Sequence record: SRR31156797_1995
Direction: 5' to 3' (one strand)
Length of the DNA: 64,000 nt
This document shows positions 1 through 10,067 of this stretch, in pieces. The position numbers were made by a program, and so were the translations under genes. The notes under the pieces were generated by a model, which worked only from the letters and a program-made list of their open reading frames with translations, made no database searches and was not told the DNA's origin. How positions within the stretch are numbered: position 1 is the first letter of the stretch; each line of letters begins with the position of its first letter.

Positions 1-735
1 TGGGTAATTTCCTTCAACCAAACGACAAATTAACTTGTAATTTGATAGTGTAAAGAATGCATTTTTATCATCAAACTCAACTTTTACAGGATTCTCTTCT
101 TTCGGAAGAATGTTACGTAAAAGTGAAGCTGGTTTTTTAGGAAGAATAAATGATGATTCGACATCTGAACGACCATCAAGACGCTTGTAACGAACCAATT
201 TGTGAGCATCAGAAGCAACAAAAGTTAAATCGTTGTTTCCTAATTCAACGAAAATACCATTCATTACCGGACGAAGTTCATCATCAGCCGTGGCAAATAA
301 AGTTTTATTTACCCCGGTTAACAGAACATCACTTTCAACGGTGATATTCACAAGGCTATTCTCCTCTTTTTCCGGAAGTTTTGGAAAATCTTCTCCATTC
401 TGACCCACAATACTGAAAACACCATTCTCCGAAGTAATCTTAACTGCTAATGAACTAGCATCGATATCGAATGTTAATGGCTGCTCAGGAAATTCTTTCA
501 AAGTATCAGTCAAAATTTTAGCAGGAAAAGCAATTACACCTTCTCCAACCGAAGTTTCAAGAGGAATAGTAGTGATTAATGTAGATTCCAAATCAGATGC
601 TGTTGCTACCAATTCGTCATTTTTTAACTCAAACAAAAAGTTATCAAGAATTGGTAAAGTATTCTTACTGCTAATTACCCTACTGATTGCTTGTAAATGA
701 CTTAACAATTCTGTACTTGATACTACAAATTTCAT
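1..735 (-). CDS. dnaN: DNA polymerase III beta clamp (partial; runs off the window start)
   Basis: Hand translation from ATG 735: MKFVVSSTELLSHLQAISRVISSKNTLPILDNFLFEL...ATASDLE..., the typical DnaN N-terminus. Absent from the ORF track because its stop is outside the window. Alternative ATG at 741. Confidence 0.95.
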   Translation of the reverse strand, partial: MKFVVSSTELLSHLQAISRVISSKNTLPILDNFLFELKNDELVATASDLESTLITTIPLETSVGEGVIAFPAKILTDTLKEFPEQPLTFDIDASSLAVKITSENGVFSIVGQNGEDFPKLPEKEENSLVNITVESDVLLTGVNKTLFATADDELRPVMNGIFVELGNNDLTFVASDAHKLVRYKRLDGRSDVESSFILPKKPASLLRNILPKEENPVKVEFDDKNAFFTLSNYKLICRLVEGNYP

Positions 736-1029
736 TTGCATAATATTTAAAAGTTTACCTAAATTTCTAAGTTTCAAACCTTAACGATAACTTTACAATG
801 TGTCAATTTAAGATTTGTATTAAGTGGTGAATATACAAATTTATTAAGTATTGTTCTTATTCTTATTTCAAAAAAAATGTTAATCTCCTCTAATTAAAAA
901 TACACATTTTTTTGATCATTTGAATTTACCTATGAGTAAATCTTTGAAAATCATTAAATCAATCAATTTTACTGGCTTAATCAACTTGTAATTCGCAACA
1001 AAAATAACATTTCAGATAAGAAGATAAGT

Positions 1030-2724
1030 TTAATTTCTGGCAAATTTTCGTTTGCGCAAATAAAAACGAATCAAACCAAAAACGAACAAGAAAAATAGTG
1101 GTAGAAATAAGTTTATTCCCTGCCAAAACAATCTTTCTGATCGAATCTTATTTTTATCCAGCAAACGTAATTTCACCTCTCGAGTTCTTAACTCCATCCA
1201 ACCTTCATTATCACACAAATAATCAACACAATTTAAAAGAAAACTCCTATTACCGTATGTCTTTCGAGAATATCTATCGTAGCCCAAAGCTTCAATTTGA
1301 CGATTGTTTCCAACTCCTCTTACTCTATTCCTAATTAAATCACCATCTGATATTACAATCATTTTGGCAGGTTTACTTTCTTCATTAAATGTATTTCTAT
1401 CAATTCCTTTCCATGCTCTGTTTTTAAATACAGAGGTGAATTTTCCTTCCATTAATACGGCAATATTTTTTCTTCCCGCCGCAAAATCATTAGGTGAAGG
1501 CTTTTTATTTACGATTTCCAAACTAACCACACTTGGAACTTTCTCTAATCGTGTATAATCTGAACTACTCAGAAGTACTTTTCTGCGAATGTTTTTATTA
1601 TCTCCAACCCAATCAATAGAATTGGCAAATTCAGCCTTAACAACATTTAAATTCTTAGTTATTGGATGATTTTCAGGACAAGTTAAAAGTGGTGAATAAT
1701 ACCAAGGTGCTGGAGTAAATTTGGCTTGCTCCCCAGGTAAAGCCGTTTGAACAGGAATCAATTGTGACTGTATATCAAGAACTAAATCCGGATTAATTCT
1801 TACACCATAAGAGAACAGCTGATCTTCAATATTAAGCGGCTTGTAATAGGCAATCATACTCTCCTTTACGGTAAGGCTGTCCATACTCGCCTGAACCTCA
1901 TCAACCAAATACAATAGGTTCCCTCCATTCATCAAATATTGATCGATCTGGTATTTGTCCTCTCTGGAAAATTCCTTGCGTGGTTGCGCAATTATCACAG
2001 CAGAGAAATTGGAATTATCACGATTGATATCAGAAGACCTTACTCTTTTCACTTCATATTTTTGCAGTAAGGAAGCAGTTATATCCGCAACTTCATACTC
2101 ATTTAATTCCCCATGACCCGTTAAAAAAGCGATCTTTTGAGGTTCTGTATTTTGTAGCATTCGAATTGCATTCGATAACTCAAACTCTAAAGATTCAATG
2201 GAATGATTCAAATTCTCTTCTGCCGACAATCCATTGGAACTTTTTAGCAAATGAATAGCTGTTTCTTTCTCTTGATCGTGTACAATTATTCCAGGAACTA
2301 TTATCTTTTGTTTCAAACTTCCATCAGTCGTTTTTTCCTGCAAGCTTGTTGGCTTTAATCCTCTTGCCATCAATTGCTCGAAATATTCATTCTTCTTTTT
2401 AGGATTTCCAATATCGTTTGGGTTAACCAAAGCATATTTGATTTTCACATTTGAGTAAGCTGCAAATTCATCAAGCATTTCCATACTTGCTCTTTGTAAT
2501 TTTGAAAATCCATGTGGCAAATCTCCAGCCAGGTAAATTTCAAAATACAAATCCTTATCAAGAGACGAAACCAATTCTTTCGTATTATGAGAAAGGGAAT
2601 ATCTTTTTTCATCAGTTAAATCCCATCGGATAAAGTAGAATTGAAAAATTTGAAACACTACCAACACAACAATCAGTGAGAGCAGAAGATTTAATAGGTC
2701 TTTTTGTTTTCTGTTTTTAATCAT
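1030..2724 (-). CDS. gldG: Gliding motility-associated ABC transporter auxiliary/substrate-binding protein GldG
   Basis: RWDLTDEKRYSLS, FLTGHGEL and FLLNCVDYL motifs; N- and C-terminal TM helices; gldF-gldG-dnaN synteny. Confidence 0.9.
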   Translation of the reverse strand: MIKNRKQKDLLNLLLSLIVVLVVFQIFQFYFIRWDLTDEKRYSLSHNTKELVSSLDKDLYFEIYLAGDLPHGFSKLQRASMEMLDEFAAYSNVKIKYALVNPNDIGNPKKKNEYFEQLMARGLKPTSLQEKTTDGSLKQKIIVPGIIVHDQEKETAIHLLKSSNGLSAEENLNHSIESLEFELSNAIRMLQNTEPQKIAFLTGHGELNEYEVADITASLLQKYEVKRVRSSDINRDNSNFSAVIIAQPRKEFSREDKYQIDQYLMNGGNLLYLVDEVQASMDSLTVKESMIAYYKPLNIEDQLFSYGVRINPDLVLDIQSQLIPVQTALPGEQAKFTPAPWYYSPLLTCPENHPITKNLNVVKAEFANSIDWVGDNKNIRRKVLLSSSDYTRLEKVPSVVSLEIVNKKPSPNDFAAGRKNIAVLMEGKFTSVFKNRAWKGIDRNTFNEESKPAKMIVISDGDLIRNRVRGVGNNRQIEALGYDRYSRKTYGNRSFLLNCVDYLCDNEGWMELRTREVKLRLLDKNKIRSERLFWQGINLFLPLFFLFVFGLIRFYLRKRKFARN

Positions 2725-2728
2725 AGCC

Positions 2729-3460
2729 TTACCATTTTCTGCTTTTAAGTATTGTTCTTGTTATTAATAGAAATGCAACAATCACAGCTCCAACATAAAC
2801 CACATCTCTTGTATCTATTACACCTCTAGCTAATGATTTATAATGCTCATTAATTCCCAAGGAGTAGATCAAACTTTGCATATTCTGAAAACCAGGCAAA
2901 TCAGCCAAATAATCAAAGCCAATAAATAAAGTAAAGGAAAGAACCAATGCCATTAGAAATGCAACTATTTGATTTTCGGTTAAGGAACTACAAAAAATCC
3001 CAATACTAACATACACACCGGCTAATAAGAACAATCCTATAAAAGATCCAAAAAATGCAGCCGAATCGATACTTCCAACCGGATTTCCCAATTTGTAAAT
3101 TGAAAAATAGTAAATCAAACAAAAAAGTAATGATACCATTACAATTAAGAGTGCGGCAAAATATTTTGCAAGCACAATGCTCATTTCACTCACTGGTCGA
3201 GTGTAAACCAATTCAATAGTACCTTGTTTTTTCTCATCCGAAAACATTCGCATACAAATTGCTGGTATTAAAAAAAGATAAATCCAGGGTGAAATCTCAA
3301 AAAACACATTCAAATTTGCATAAGCCGAATCTAAAGGATTCGAGGCTCCAGGAAATACCCAAACAAATAATCCGGTTGCTATTAAAAAAACAGATAGAGT
3401 TAAATACCCGATAAGTGAACTAAAAAAAGTCCTAAACTCCTTAATGAGAAGTGGTAGCAT
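2729..3460 (-). CDS. gldF: Gliding motility-associated ABC transporter permease GldF
   Basis: KEFRTFFSSLIGY, MRMFSDEKKQGTIEL and RGVIDTRD motifs; multi-TM protein directly upstream of gldG. Confidence 0.92.
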   Translation of the reverse strand: MLPLLIKEFRTFFSSLIGYLTLSVFLIATGLFVWVFPGASNPLDSAYANLNVFFEISPWIYLFLIPAICMRMFSDEKKQGTIELVYTRPVSEMSIVLAKYFAALLIVMVSLLFCLIYYFSIYKLGNPVGSIDSAAFFGSFIGLFLLAGVYVSIGIFCSSLTENQIVAFLMALVLSFTLFIGFDYLADLPGFQNMQSLIYSLGINEHYKSLARGVIDTRDVVYVGAVIVAFLLITRTILKSRKW

Positions 3461-3559
3461 ATAGTATATTCTATTAAAACTTAATCATTACAAATTTGCA
3501 AAATAATTTTTGGAGAAAAAACCTCTTTGCCAATTCATTTAACTTACATAAATTTGAGC

Positions 3560-4672
3560 ATGAAAAATAGAATTCTACTATGTCTATCTCTTTTAGCATC
3601 GTATTCAACTATAGCTCAAGAAATTCCTGAGAAGGATATTTTTACAGCCACTATACGATATCACTATGGTATAATTCTACCTCATCATAAATCAATCAGT
3701 TATTTAGTAAATGATCAAATTTCTGGATTTGAATTGAATCTGGGAATAATTCCAAATCACAATAAAAAATGGGTTTCATTATACAAACAACCAGAATTTG
3801 GTTTAGGAGTTTATCATACGAGCCTCGGAAATGACAAAATACTGGGCAAAGCCACTGCCATTTATCCCTATGTTAATTTTCCTCTAATAAAAAAGAACAG
3901 GTGGGATTTTAATTTACAATTGGGCTTTGGACTTGCCTATACAAAAAAGCATTTTGATCCTGTTGATAACTACACTAATTTGGCTATTGGCTCAAAATTT
4001 AATGCATTTTTTAAGCTCATGGCAAGCACCTCTTATAATTTTCATCCCAGATGGAGTATGAATGGTGGAATTGGCTTTTTTCATATTTCGAATGGTGCGA
4101 TTAGTATTCCCAACAAAGGATTAAATGCAGTTACTTCAAATTTTGGTCTTTCTTATTTCTTAAATGGGAATAAGCCTAAGTATAAGCCTGTTCAATTAAA
4201 AAATTACAAATTAGACGATGAATTTTCTATTATTTGGAATAATGGAGTAAAACAAACTGAAGTAAAAGATGAGCACAAATATTATAAAACAGGACTATCA
4301 TTTACATATCTAAAAGGAATAAATGCCAAGCAAAAAATAGGTTTAGGTATTGATCTATTTTACGATGAATCTGCAAACAGAGGTAAGTGGAATTTTGATC
4401 CAAAAACCAGTTTTAAGGATCGATTTAGTCAAGCGTTTTTTGTATCACATGAATTATTTCTACAAAAATTTAGCATTGTAGCAAATGTTGGCGCTTATAC
4501 CATTTACGAAACCAAGCCTGAAAAGCCTGTCTATCTAAGAATTGGACTTAAATATGGAATAAGCAAACATTTTATAGCCAACTTAAGTTTAAAAGCTCAC
4601 ATGGGAAAAGCTGATTATATTGAATGGGGCATTGGTTACAGAATAAAAACTAAGAAAAATGAAAAACAATAA
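3560..4672 (+). CDS. Acyloxyacyl hydrolase / lipid A 3-O-deacylase (PagL-like) outer-membrane barrel protein, copy 1
   Basis: Signal peptide from ATG 3560, FFHISNG (PagL-type HxSN motif), amphipathic beta strands, C-terminal EWGIGY. Confidence 0.75.
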   Translation: MKNRILLCLSLLASYSTIAQEIPEKDIFTATIRYHYGIILPHHKSISYLVNDQISGFELNLGIIPNHNKKWVSLYKQPEFGLGVYHTSLGNDKILGKATAIYPYVNFPLIKKNRWDFNLQLGFGLAYTKKHFDPVDNYTNLAIGSKFNAFFKLMASTSYNFHPRWSMNGGIGFFHISNGAISIPNKGLNAVTSNFGLSYFLNGNKPKYKPVQLKNYKLDDEFSIIWNNGVKQTEVKDEHKYYKTGLSFTYLKGINAKQKIGLGIDLFYDESANRGKWNFDPKTSFKDRFSQAFFVSHELFLQKFSIVANVGAYTIYETKPEKPVYLRIGLKYGISKHFIANLSLKAHMGKADYIEWGIGYRIKTKKNEKQ

Positions 4673-5402
4673 TATACTTTTCGCTTTACTACTAATCTAT
4701 CTGACTGCCTGTAGTTCGTTTAATCCTTTCGAAGATGAAGGTGAATACGTTGAAAAAAGAGTGGAAATTACTGGGATAACTGCGATTGAAAACCTAAATA
4801 CTTTTCAGATACAATTGATTCAGGATGACCATGAGTACATCATTTTTAAAGGTGGAGAAAACCTTGTTTTGAAAGTAAAACAAAGTGCTACTAATGAACA
4901 TCTAAAAATAGATCATTCCTACAGTAATAACGCGCGTAATTTTGATTTGATTATTGCGGAAATTCATGTAAAAAATCTAACAAAATTAAAATGTTCTGCA
5001 CCGGCTAAAATTTCGAACGAAAACCAATTAAATGGTGAACATCTTGATATAATAGTCATCTCTGAATCCGAACTTGTAGAAATGGATCTTGATCTGAATT
5101 ACGAAAGTTTGAAATTCCATTCCTATGGAAATGCTACGGGTGGATACGAATTCTCCGGATCTTGTAATGATATGAATTACATTCTAAATGGAGTGATAAA
5201 CATTAAAGCAAGCCATTTGCAAACCAACAATACTCATCTTAGACAAAACGGAATTGGTGAAGCTCATGTTTGGGTGAATGATTTCCTAAAAACAACTATA
5301 TACAGTAGTGGTAATATCTACTATAAAGGAAACCCTGAAATTGAAATCAATAGAATTCAAGTAAACAACCAAAGTCCTGTAGCAAAGGTGATTCCCGAAT
5401 AA
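4659..5402 (+). CDS. DUF2807 (head GIN domain) lipoprotein, copy 1
   Basis: Lipobox LTAC; SSGNIYYKGNP repeat-end motif; overlaps the upstream gene by 14 nt. Confidence 0.75.
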   Translation: MKNNNILFALLLIYLTACSSFNPFEDEGEYVEKRVEITGITAIENLNTFQIQLIQDDHEYIIFKGGENLVLKVKQSATNEHLKIDHSYSNNARNFDLIIAEIHVKNLTKLKCSAPAKISNENQLNGEHLDIIVISESELVEMDLDLNYESLKFHSYGNATGGYEFSGSCNDMNYILNGVINIKASHLQTNNTHLRQNGIGEAHVWVNDFLKTTIYSSGNIYYKGNPEIEINRIQVNNQSPVAKVIPE

Positions 5403-5723
5403 TTCCATACTGATGATATCAATTTCATAATCCACTACTCTTATTTAACTTCTCCTCAGTTTATTAAATAAATCATTTTCCTTATAGAAAATTATATAAG
5501 CTACACCAGGTCAGACTATTGATTAATAAATATTTTTTTGTCGTTTTATCTATTTTTAATATATTTAGATATGTAGATGTTAAAACCTGCCCAATTTTCA
5601 ATCTCACAAATACCAAATGTGTATTCTTTAAACAAGCATTTGAGAGATTAATCAATTTAATTCACTCTTAACCATTGAGTTCAATAAATAGTATTTGTTG
5701 TATTCAAACCAGATCGATAATCT

Positions 5724-6836
5724 ATGAGAAGTATCTTACTCCTTATTATATTGCATTGTTTATGTACCCCAATAAGTGCACAAAAAAACGACACATATAG
5801 ACCATTTTCTCTGCAGGTTAATTATCTCAATGGATTAATTATTCCTAAAACTGATCATTTAAATTATCTGATTCAAGATAAAATTTCTGCCATTGAAATC
5901 AGATTAGGGTTTCATCCAAACCCTAAAATAAATTGGATCAATCAATATGTTGTTTCTGAAGTTGGACTGGCATACTATAACGGGGATTTGGGCAATGACA
6001 AAGTACTGGGAAAGATTAATTCTATATATCCATACATCAGTTTTACTCTGCTCAAATGGGACAACTTAAAATTCAATACTGATGTTGGATTAGGTCTTGC
6101 CATTCTCTCAAAATACTATCATCCTGTTAATAATTATGCCAATTCTCTATTGGGATCAAAATACAATGCACATGTTAATCTTTCAACATCAATAAAATAC
6201 TCCGTAGCTGATATAGATTTTATTGGAGGATTATATTTCAGTCACATTTCAAACGGATCCAGTCAACATCCAAATGATGGCTACAATTTTATTAATTCTA
6301 AAATTGGGATTTCATACAATTTTGGGAAGAAGAAAGAGTATGTAAAATTAAATGTTAGTTTTCCTAAACAACCCAATGAATTCAGCATAGTGTCGAATCA
6401 CGCATTTCGAGAAAAAAGTACTAATGATCCACACAAATACTATATCTCAACTTTATCAATTACACATGTATGGGGATTAAATTCCAAGCAAAGATTTGGA
6501 TTAGGAATCGACATATTTTACGATGAATCTATTAATCGTGGCGATTGGAATCTAACCCCTGAAACAAGTTTTGACCATCGATTTTATCAAGGTGTATTTA
6601 TAGCTCATGATCTCGTTTTCAACAAATTCACTTTCATCACACAATTGGGAGTTTACACCTACTACAATTCCTCTCCTTCTTCTCAATCAATATATAACCG
6701 ATTTGGGTTAAGATACCGTTTTAGCAAACACTTACTAGTAAATGTTGGACTGAAAGCTTACTTTGATAAGTCAGATTATATCGAATTTGGAATAGGATAT
6801 TACATCAGTAAAAAGAAAAAACATGCAAAAATTTAA
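5724..6836 (+). CDS. Acyloxyacyl hydrolase (PagL-like), copy 2
   Basis: FSHISNG motif; clear paralog of 3560..4672 (GLGIDIFYDESINRGDWN vs GLGIDLFYDESANRGKWN). Confidence 0.75.
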   Translation: MRSILLLIILHCLCTPISAQKNDTYRPFSLQVNYLNGLIIPKTDHLNYLIQDKISAIEIRLGFHPNPKINWINQYVVSEVGLAYYNGDLGNDKVLGKINSIYPYISFTLLKWDNLKFNTDVGLGLAILSKYYHPVNNYANSLLGSKYNAHVNLSTSIKYSVADIDFIGGLYFSHISNGSSQHPNDGYNFINSKIGISYNFGKKKEYVKLNVSFPKQPNEFSIVSNHAFREKSTNDPHKYYISTLSITHVWGLNSKQRFGLGIDIFYDESINRGDWNLTPETSFDHRFYQGVFIAHDLVFNKFTFITQLGVYTYYNSSPSSQSIYNRFGLRYRFSKHLLVNVGLKAYFDKSDYIEFGIGYYISKKKKHAKI

Positions 6837-7566
6837 ATACATATTTCTTATTTCAATAATATTTCTATATTCCTGCTCAATTTTGGATCCAAACGAGGAT
6901 GCTGGAGATTACATGGAAGCAAGAATGGATATTGAAGCTTTTTCTACAATTGAAATTGAAGGAATTTTTAATATTGAACTGATTCCTGATTCTGTTCATT
7001 ACATCTTTTATAAAGGAGGTGATAATATCTATGATTTATTCGAATATAAAATTAATGAAAGCACCTTAAGTATAAATCACACTTATAGCAATTGGTTACA
7101 CAATTTGGATATTCCAACCATCGAAATTCACTTGAAAGATCTTGAACAAATCTTTTTTAAAAATTCATGCAATCTTATCAGTTCAAACCCATTTACAGGC
7201 AATCAACTTTACATTCAGGTATTAGAAGCTGCAGATGTCATCGAAATGGAAATGGACTTGAATTATCAATCGCTTCGTTTTCATGCTAAAGGCAGTTCAA
7301 GTGGAAAATATTTACTATCTGGCAATTGTCCCGAAGTAAATTATACATTTAATGGTAGCACTAATATGTACGCAACAGATTTAATCTCACGAAAAGTTCG
7401 TATAGGGCAAAATAGTGTATCAAACGCACACATATCAGTTAGTGATACTCTTTTGGTCACCTTTTACAACTCTGGAGATATTTACTATAGTGGGAATCCA
7501 ATTATCCAGATTAACAGAGTACAGATAAACAATCAATCTCCTTCAGGAAAAGTTATTCCTGAATAA
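6823..7566 (+). CDS. DUF2807 (head GIN domain) lipoprotein, copy 2
   Basis: Lipobox LYSC; NSGDIYYSGNP; same length (247 aa) and C-terminus (NNQSP..KVIPE) as copy 1. Confidence 0.75.
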   Translation: MQKFKYIFLISIIFLYSCSILDPNEDAGDYMEARMDIEAFSTIEIEGIFNIELIPDSVHYIFYKGGDNIYDLFEYKINESTLSINHTYSNWLHNLDIPTIEIHLKDLEQIFFKNSCNLISSNPFTGNQLYIQVLEAADVIEMEMDLNYQSLRFHAKGSSSGKYLLSGNCPEVNYTFNGSTNMYATDLISRKVRIGQNSVSNAHISVSDTLLVTFYNSGDIYYSGNPIIQINRVQINNQSPSGKVIPE

Positions 7567-7569
7567 ACT

Positions 7570-8700
7570 CTATTGTGCTTTCAAGTCTTCTACAATCATC
7601 TTCGCAAAACGAGCTGATGCGCCTGCACCACCTAATTTTTCGTGAAGTGCTTGATAATTATTCAACATCTCAGTCCTGTATTCTCCTTCGGTTATAATAT
7701 TTTTAAGCTCTTCAGAAATGGCTTTTTTATTGCAGAATTGCTGGATTAGTTCTTTCACAATAAGCTTGTCCATAACCAGGTTCACCAATGAGATATATTT
7801 CACTTTCAGCAATCGCTTCCCAATGGCAAAAAGTAATTTTCCACCACCTGTAAGGTAACATACAACCTGAGGGATGTGAAGTAGTGCCGTTTCTAAAGTA
7901 GCAGTTCCCGATGTTACCAATGCAGCTCTTGATTGTTGTAATAAATCATAAGTTTGTCCGTAAACAAATTTCACATTTTTATCACCAACAACTTGAGCAT
8001 AAAATTCCTTTGTAATAGATGGAGCTGCTGCCACAACGAATTGATAATCTGCAAAATCAGCAACTGCATCTAGCATTACTGGTAATATTCGTTCAATTTC
8101 CTGCTTTCGACTTCCTGCAAGCAAAGCTACTATTGGCTTTTCAGACAAAGCGTTCTTTTGAGTAAAATTCTCAAATGATTCATCTTTATTCGGTCGATTT
8201 TCTATTGCATCCAATAATGGATTTCCGCAAAAACTAACCTCAAAATTGTGTTTCTTGTAAAACTCTGTTTCGAATGGAAAAATGGTAAACATGCGATCAA
8301 CATGAGCTTTAATCTTTTTGACTCTTCCCTCTTTCCAAGCCCAAATTTTAGGTGATATGTAATAATGAACACGAATTCCATGCTGCTTAGCAAACTTAGC
8401 CATGCGTAAATTAAAACCCGGATAATCCACTAAAATCAGAACGTCAGGCTTGTATTCTAAAAGATCTTTCTCGCATAAGCTGAAATTTGCTCGAATCTTT
8501 CCCAGATTTTTCAATACTGTTACAAAACCCATAAATGCAGTTTCTCGATAATGCTTCACCAACTCCCCTCCTTGAGCCAACATTAAATCTCCTCCCCAGA
8601 ATCTAAATTGAGCTTCTTTATCCTGAAGATTTAATTCTTTCATTAAGTTGGATGCATGAAGATCTCCTGATGCTTCACCTGCTATGATATAATATTTCAT
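7570..8700 (-). CDS. lpxB: Lipid-A-disaccharide synthase
   Basis: MKYYIIAGEASGDLHA, VDYPGFNL, LLAGSRKQEI, SGTATLE; likely start ATG 8700. Confidence 0.96.
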   Translation of the reverse strand: MKYYIIAGEASGDLHASNLMKELNLQDKEAQFRFWGGDLMLAQGGELVKHYRETAFMGFVTVLKNLGKIRANFSLCEKDLLEYKPDVLILVDYPGFNLRMAKFAKQHGIRVHYYISPKIWAWKEGRVKKIKAHVDRMFTIFPFETEFYKKHNFEVSFCGNPLLDAIENRPNKDESFENFTQKNALSEKPIVALLAGSRKQEIERILPVMLDAVADFADYQFVVAAAPSITKEFYAQVVGDKNVKFVYGQTYDLLQQSRAALVTSGTATLETALLHIPQVVCYLTGGGKLLFAIGKRLLKVKYISLVNLVMDKLIVKELIQQFCNKKAISEELKNIITEGEYRTEMLNNYQALHEKLGGAGASARFAKMIVEDLKAQ

Positions 8701-8704
8701 TTTC

Positions 8705-8739
8705 TTGAGACTTGAGTTAGGAGACTTGAGATTTGAGAA
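8705..8739. repeat. Degenerate heptamer tandem repeat (TTGAGAC-like x5)
   Basis: TTGAGAC TTGAGTT AGGAGAC TTGAGAT TTGAGAA. Confidence 0.75.
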
Positions 8740-8791
8740 ACACAATTTATTCTTCTCCGATCTTACTTCATTTATCTCCTATCTATTTTAT

Positions 8792-9091
8792 TTACATTCC
8801 AACACGGAATAACATGATTGCAAAAGTGTAGAGAATTGTAGCCAATAATACTCCTCTTGCAGCCTTTAATAGATCTGTTTTTATAAAAAGGAAAAAGAAA
8901 ACAATATTCCCAAAATAAACACCAAGAGACATCACTTTGGTATAAATTCTATGGACAAACAAACTATCATAGAATTCCTGAAGTGTCATTTCTCCTTGAA
9001 ATTTCACCAAATATGCTAAAAGAATTGATAAGATAGGAACTAGAATTCCGATCACTGTTCCTAAAACAACTGAATTAATCTTCGACTTCAT
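8792..9091 (-). CDS. Small hypothetical membrane protein (3 TM)
   Basis: 99 aa hydrophobic ORF between surE and lpxB, overlapping the surE stop. Confidence 0.75.
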   Translation of the reverse strand: MKSKINSVVLGTVIGILVPILSILLAYLVKFQGEMTLQEFYDSLFVHRIYTKVMSLGVYFGNIVFFFLFIKTDLLKAARGVLLATILYTFAIMLFRVGM

Positions 9092-9848
9092 AATCCCAGG
9101 CTTTAAGATCTTGCATTAACTGATGAGCTGTCATATCTATTTGAGTAGGAACAAGCGATGCATATCCATTCTGAATTGCCCATTCGTCGGTCTCTTCAGC
9201 ATTTGGTTCAGCATTTTTAAAATATCCGGTTAACCAATAATAATCGCCACCAAAAGGATCTTGTCTATGATCAAATTCCTCTTTCCAACGCCCATCTGCC
9301 TGACGACAAACGCGAATTCCTTTAATTTTTCCTTTAGGAAAATTAACATTCAGACAAATACTTTTTTCCAATCCCTTCGCAACCAGGTTTGCAAATATTT
9401 TACGTCCATATTTTATACTTTCCGAGAAATCTGCATCTGCATTAAAATCATTTAAAGAATAACCAATTGATGGAATTCCATTCAAACAACCTTCGATAGT
9501 TGCACCCATAGTTCCCGAATACAAAACACTAACGGAAGTATTTGCTCCATGATTGATACCCGAGACCAAAAAATCTGGTGTTCGAGGCAATATTTTATTC
9601 AAAGCCAACTTCACACAATCTACCGGAGTTCCCTTGCAAGAATAAATATGTAGATTCTCTTCATCACGAACTTTTTTAATTCGAATAGGAATTTCTACAG
9701 TTATAGAATTCGATTTTCCTGAATTGGCACGATTTGGTGCAACAACATAAATATCGCCGAAACCTTTAACAATCTGGACCAAAGCTTTAATTCCTTTGGC
9801 ATTTAATCCATCATCGTTGGTAACAAGTATAATTGGTTTATCGCTCAT
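9075..9848 (-). CDS. surE: 5'/3'-nucleotidase SurE
   Basis: ILVTNDDG, GTPVDCV, SGINHGAN, YSGTMGA; likely start ATG 9848. Confidence 0.96.
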   Translation of the reverse strand: MSDKPIILVTNDDGLNAKGIKALVQIVKGFGDIYVVAPNRANSGKSNSITVEIPIRIKKVRDEENLHIYSCKGTPVDCVKLALNKILPRTPDFLVSGINHGANTSVSVLYSGTMGATIEGCLNGIPSIGYSLNDFNADADFSESIKYGRKIFANLVAKGLEKSICLNVNFPKGKIKGIRVCRQADGRWKEEFDHRQDPFGGDYYWLTGYFKNAEPNAEETDEWAIQNGYASLVPTQIDMTAHQLMQDLKAWDYEVED

Positions 9849-9958
9849 ATTTTTATTTTGATAATTGTACAAATATATCCGAATTTAGGGCAATAAGCAA
9901 TTCGAATCTTACAGAATTAAATTAAGCAAAAACTTAACCACTTTATCCTTAGATCATC

Positions 9959-9990
9959 TTTGGTACTTGAGCCAATAATTTCTACTTTTG
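9959..9990 (+). promoter_or_regulatory. Bacteroidota housekeeping promoter for pheT
   Basis: TTTG (9959-9962), 20 nt, TACTTTTG (9983-9990) matches the -33/-7 consensus TTTG...TAnnTTTG. Confidence 0.7.
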
Positions 9991-10067
9991 TAAGCTTGAA
10001 AACAGGATACAAACAAATTCTGTTTCCCTATATAATTCGATAATTATCTGATAAAATATACATACAA

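Noticed and set aside
150..344. Plus-strand 64-aa ORF, and the many other short ORFs antisense or out of frame within long genes
   Set aside because: Shadow ORFs of well-supported genes (here dnaN) with no recognisable motifs.
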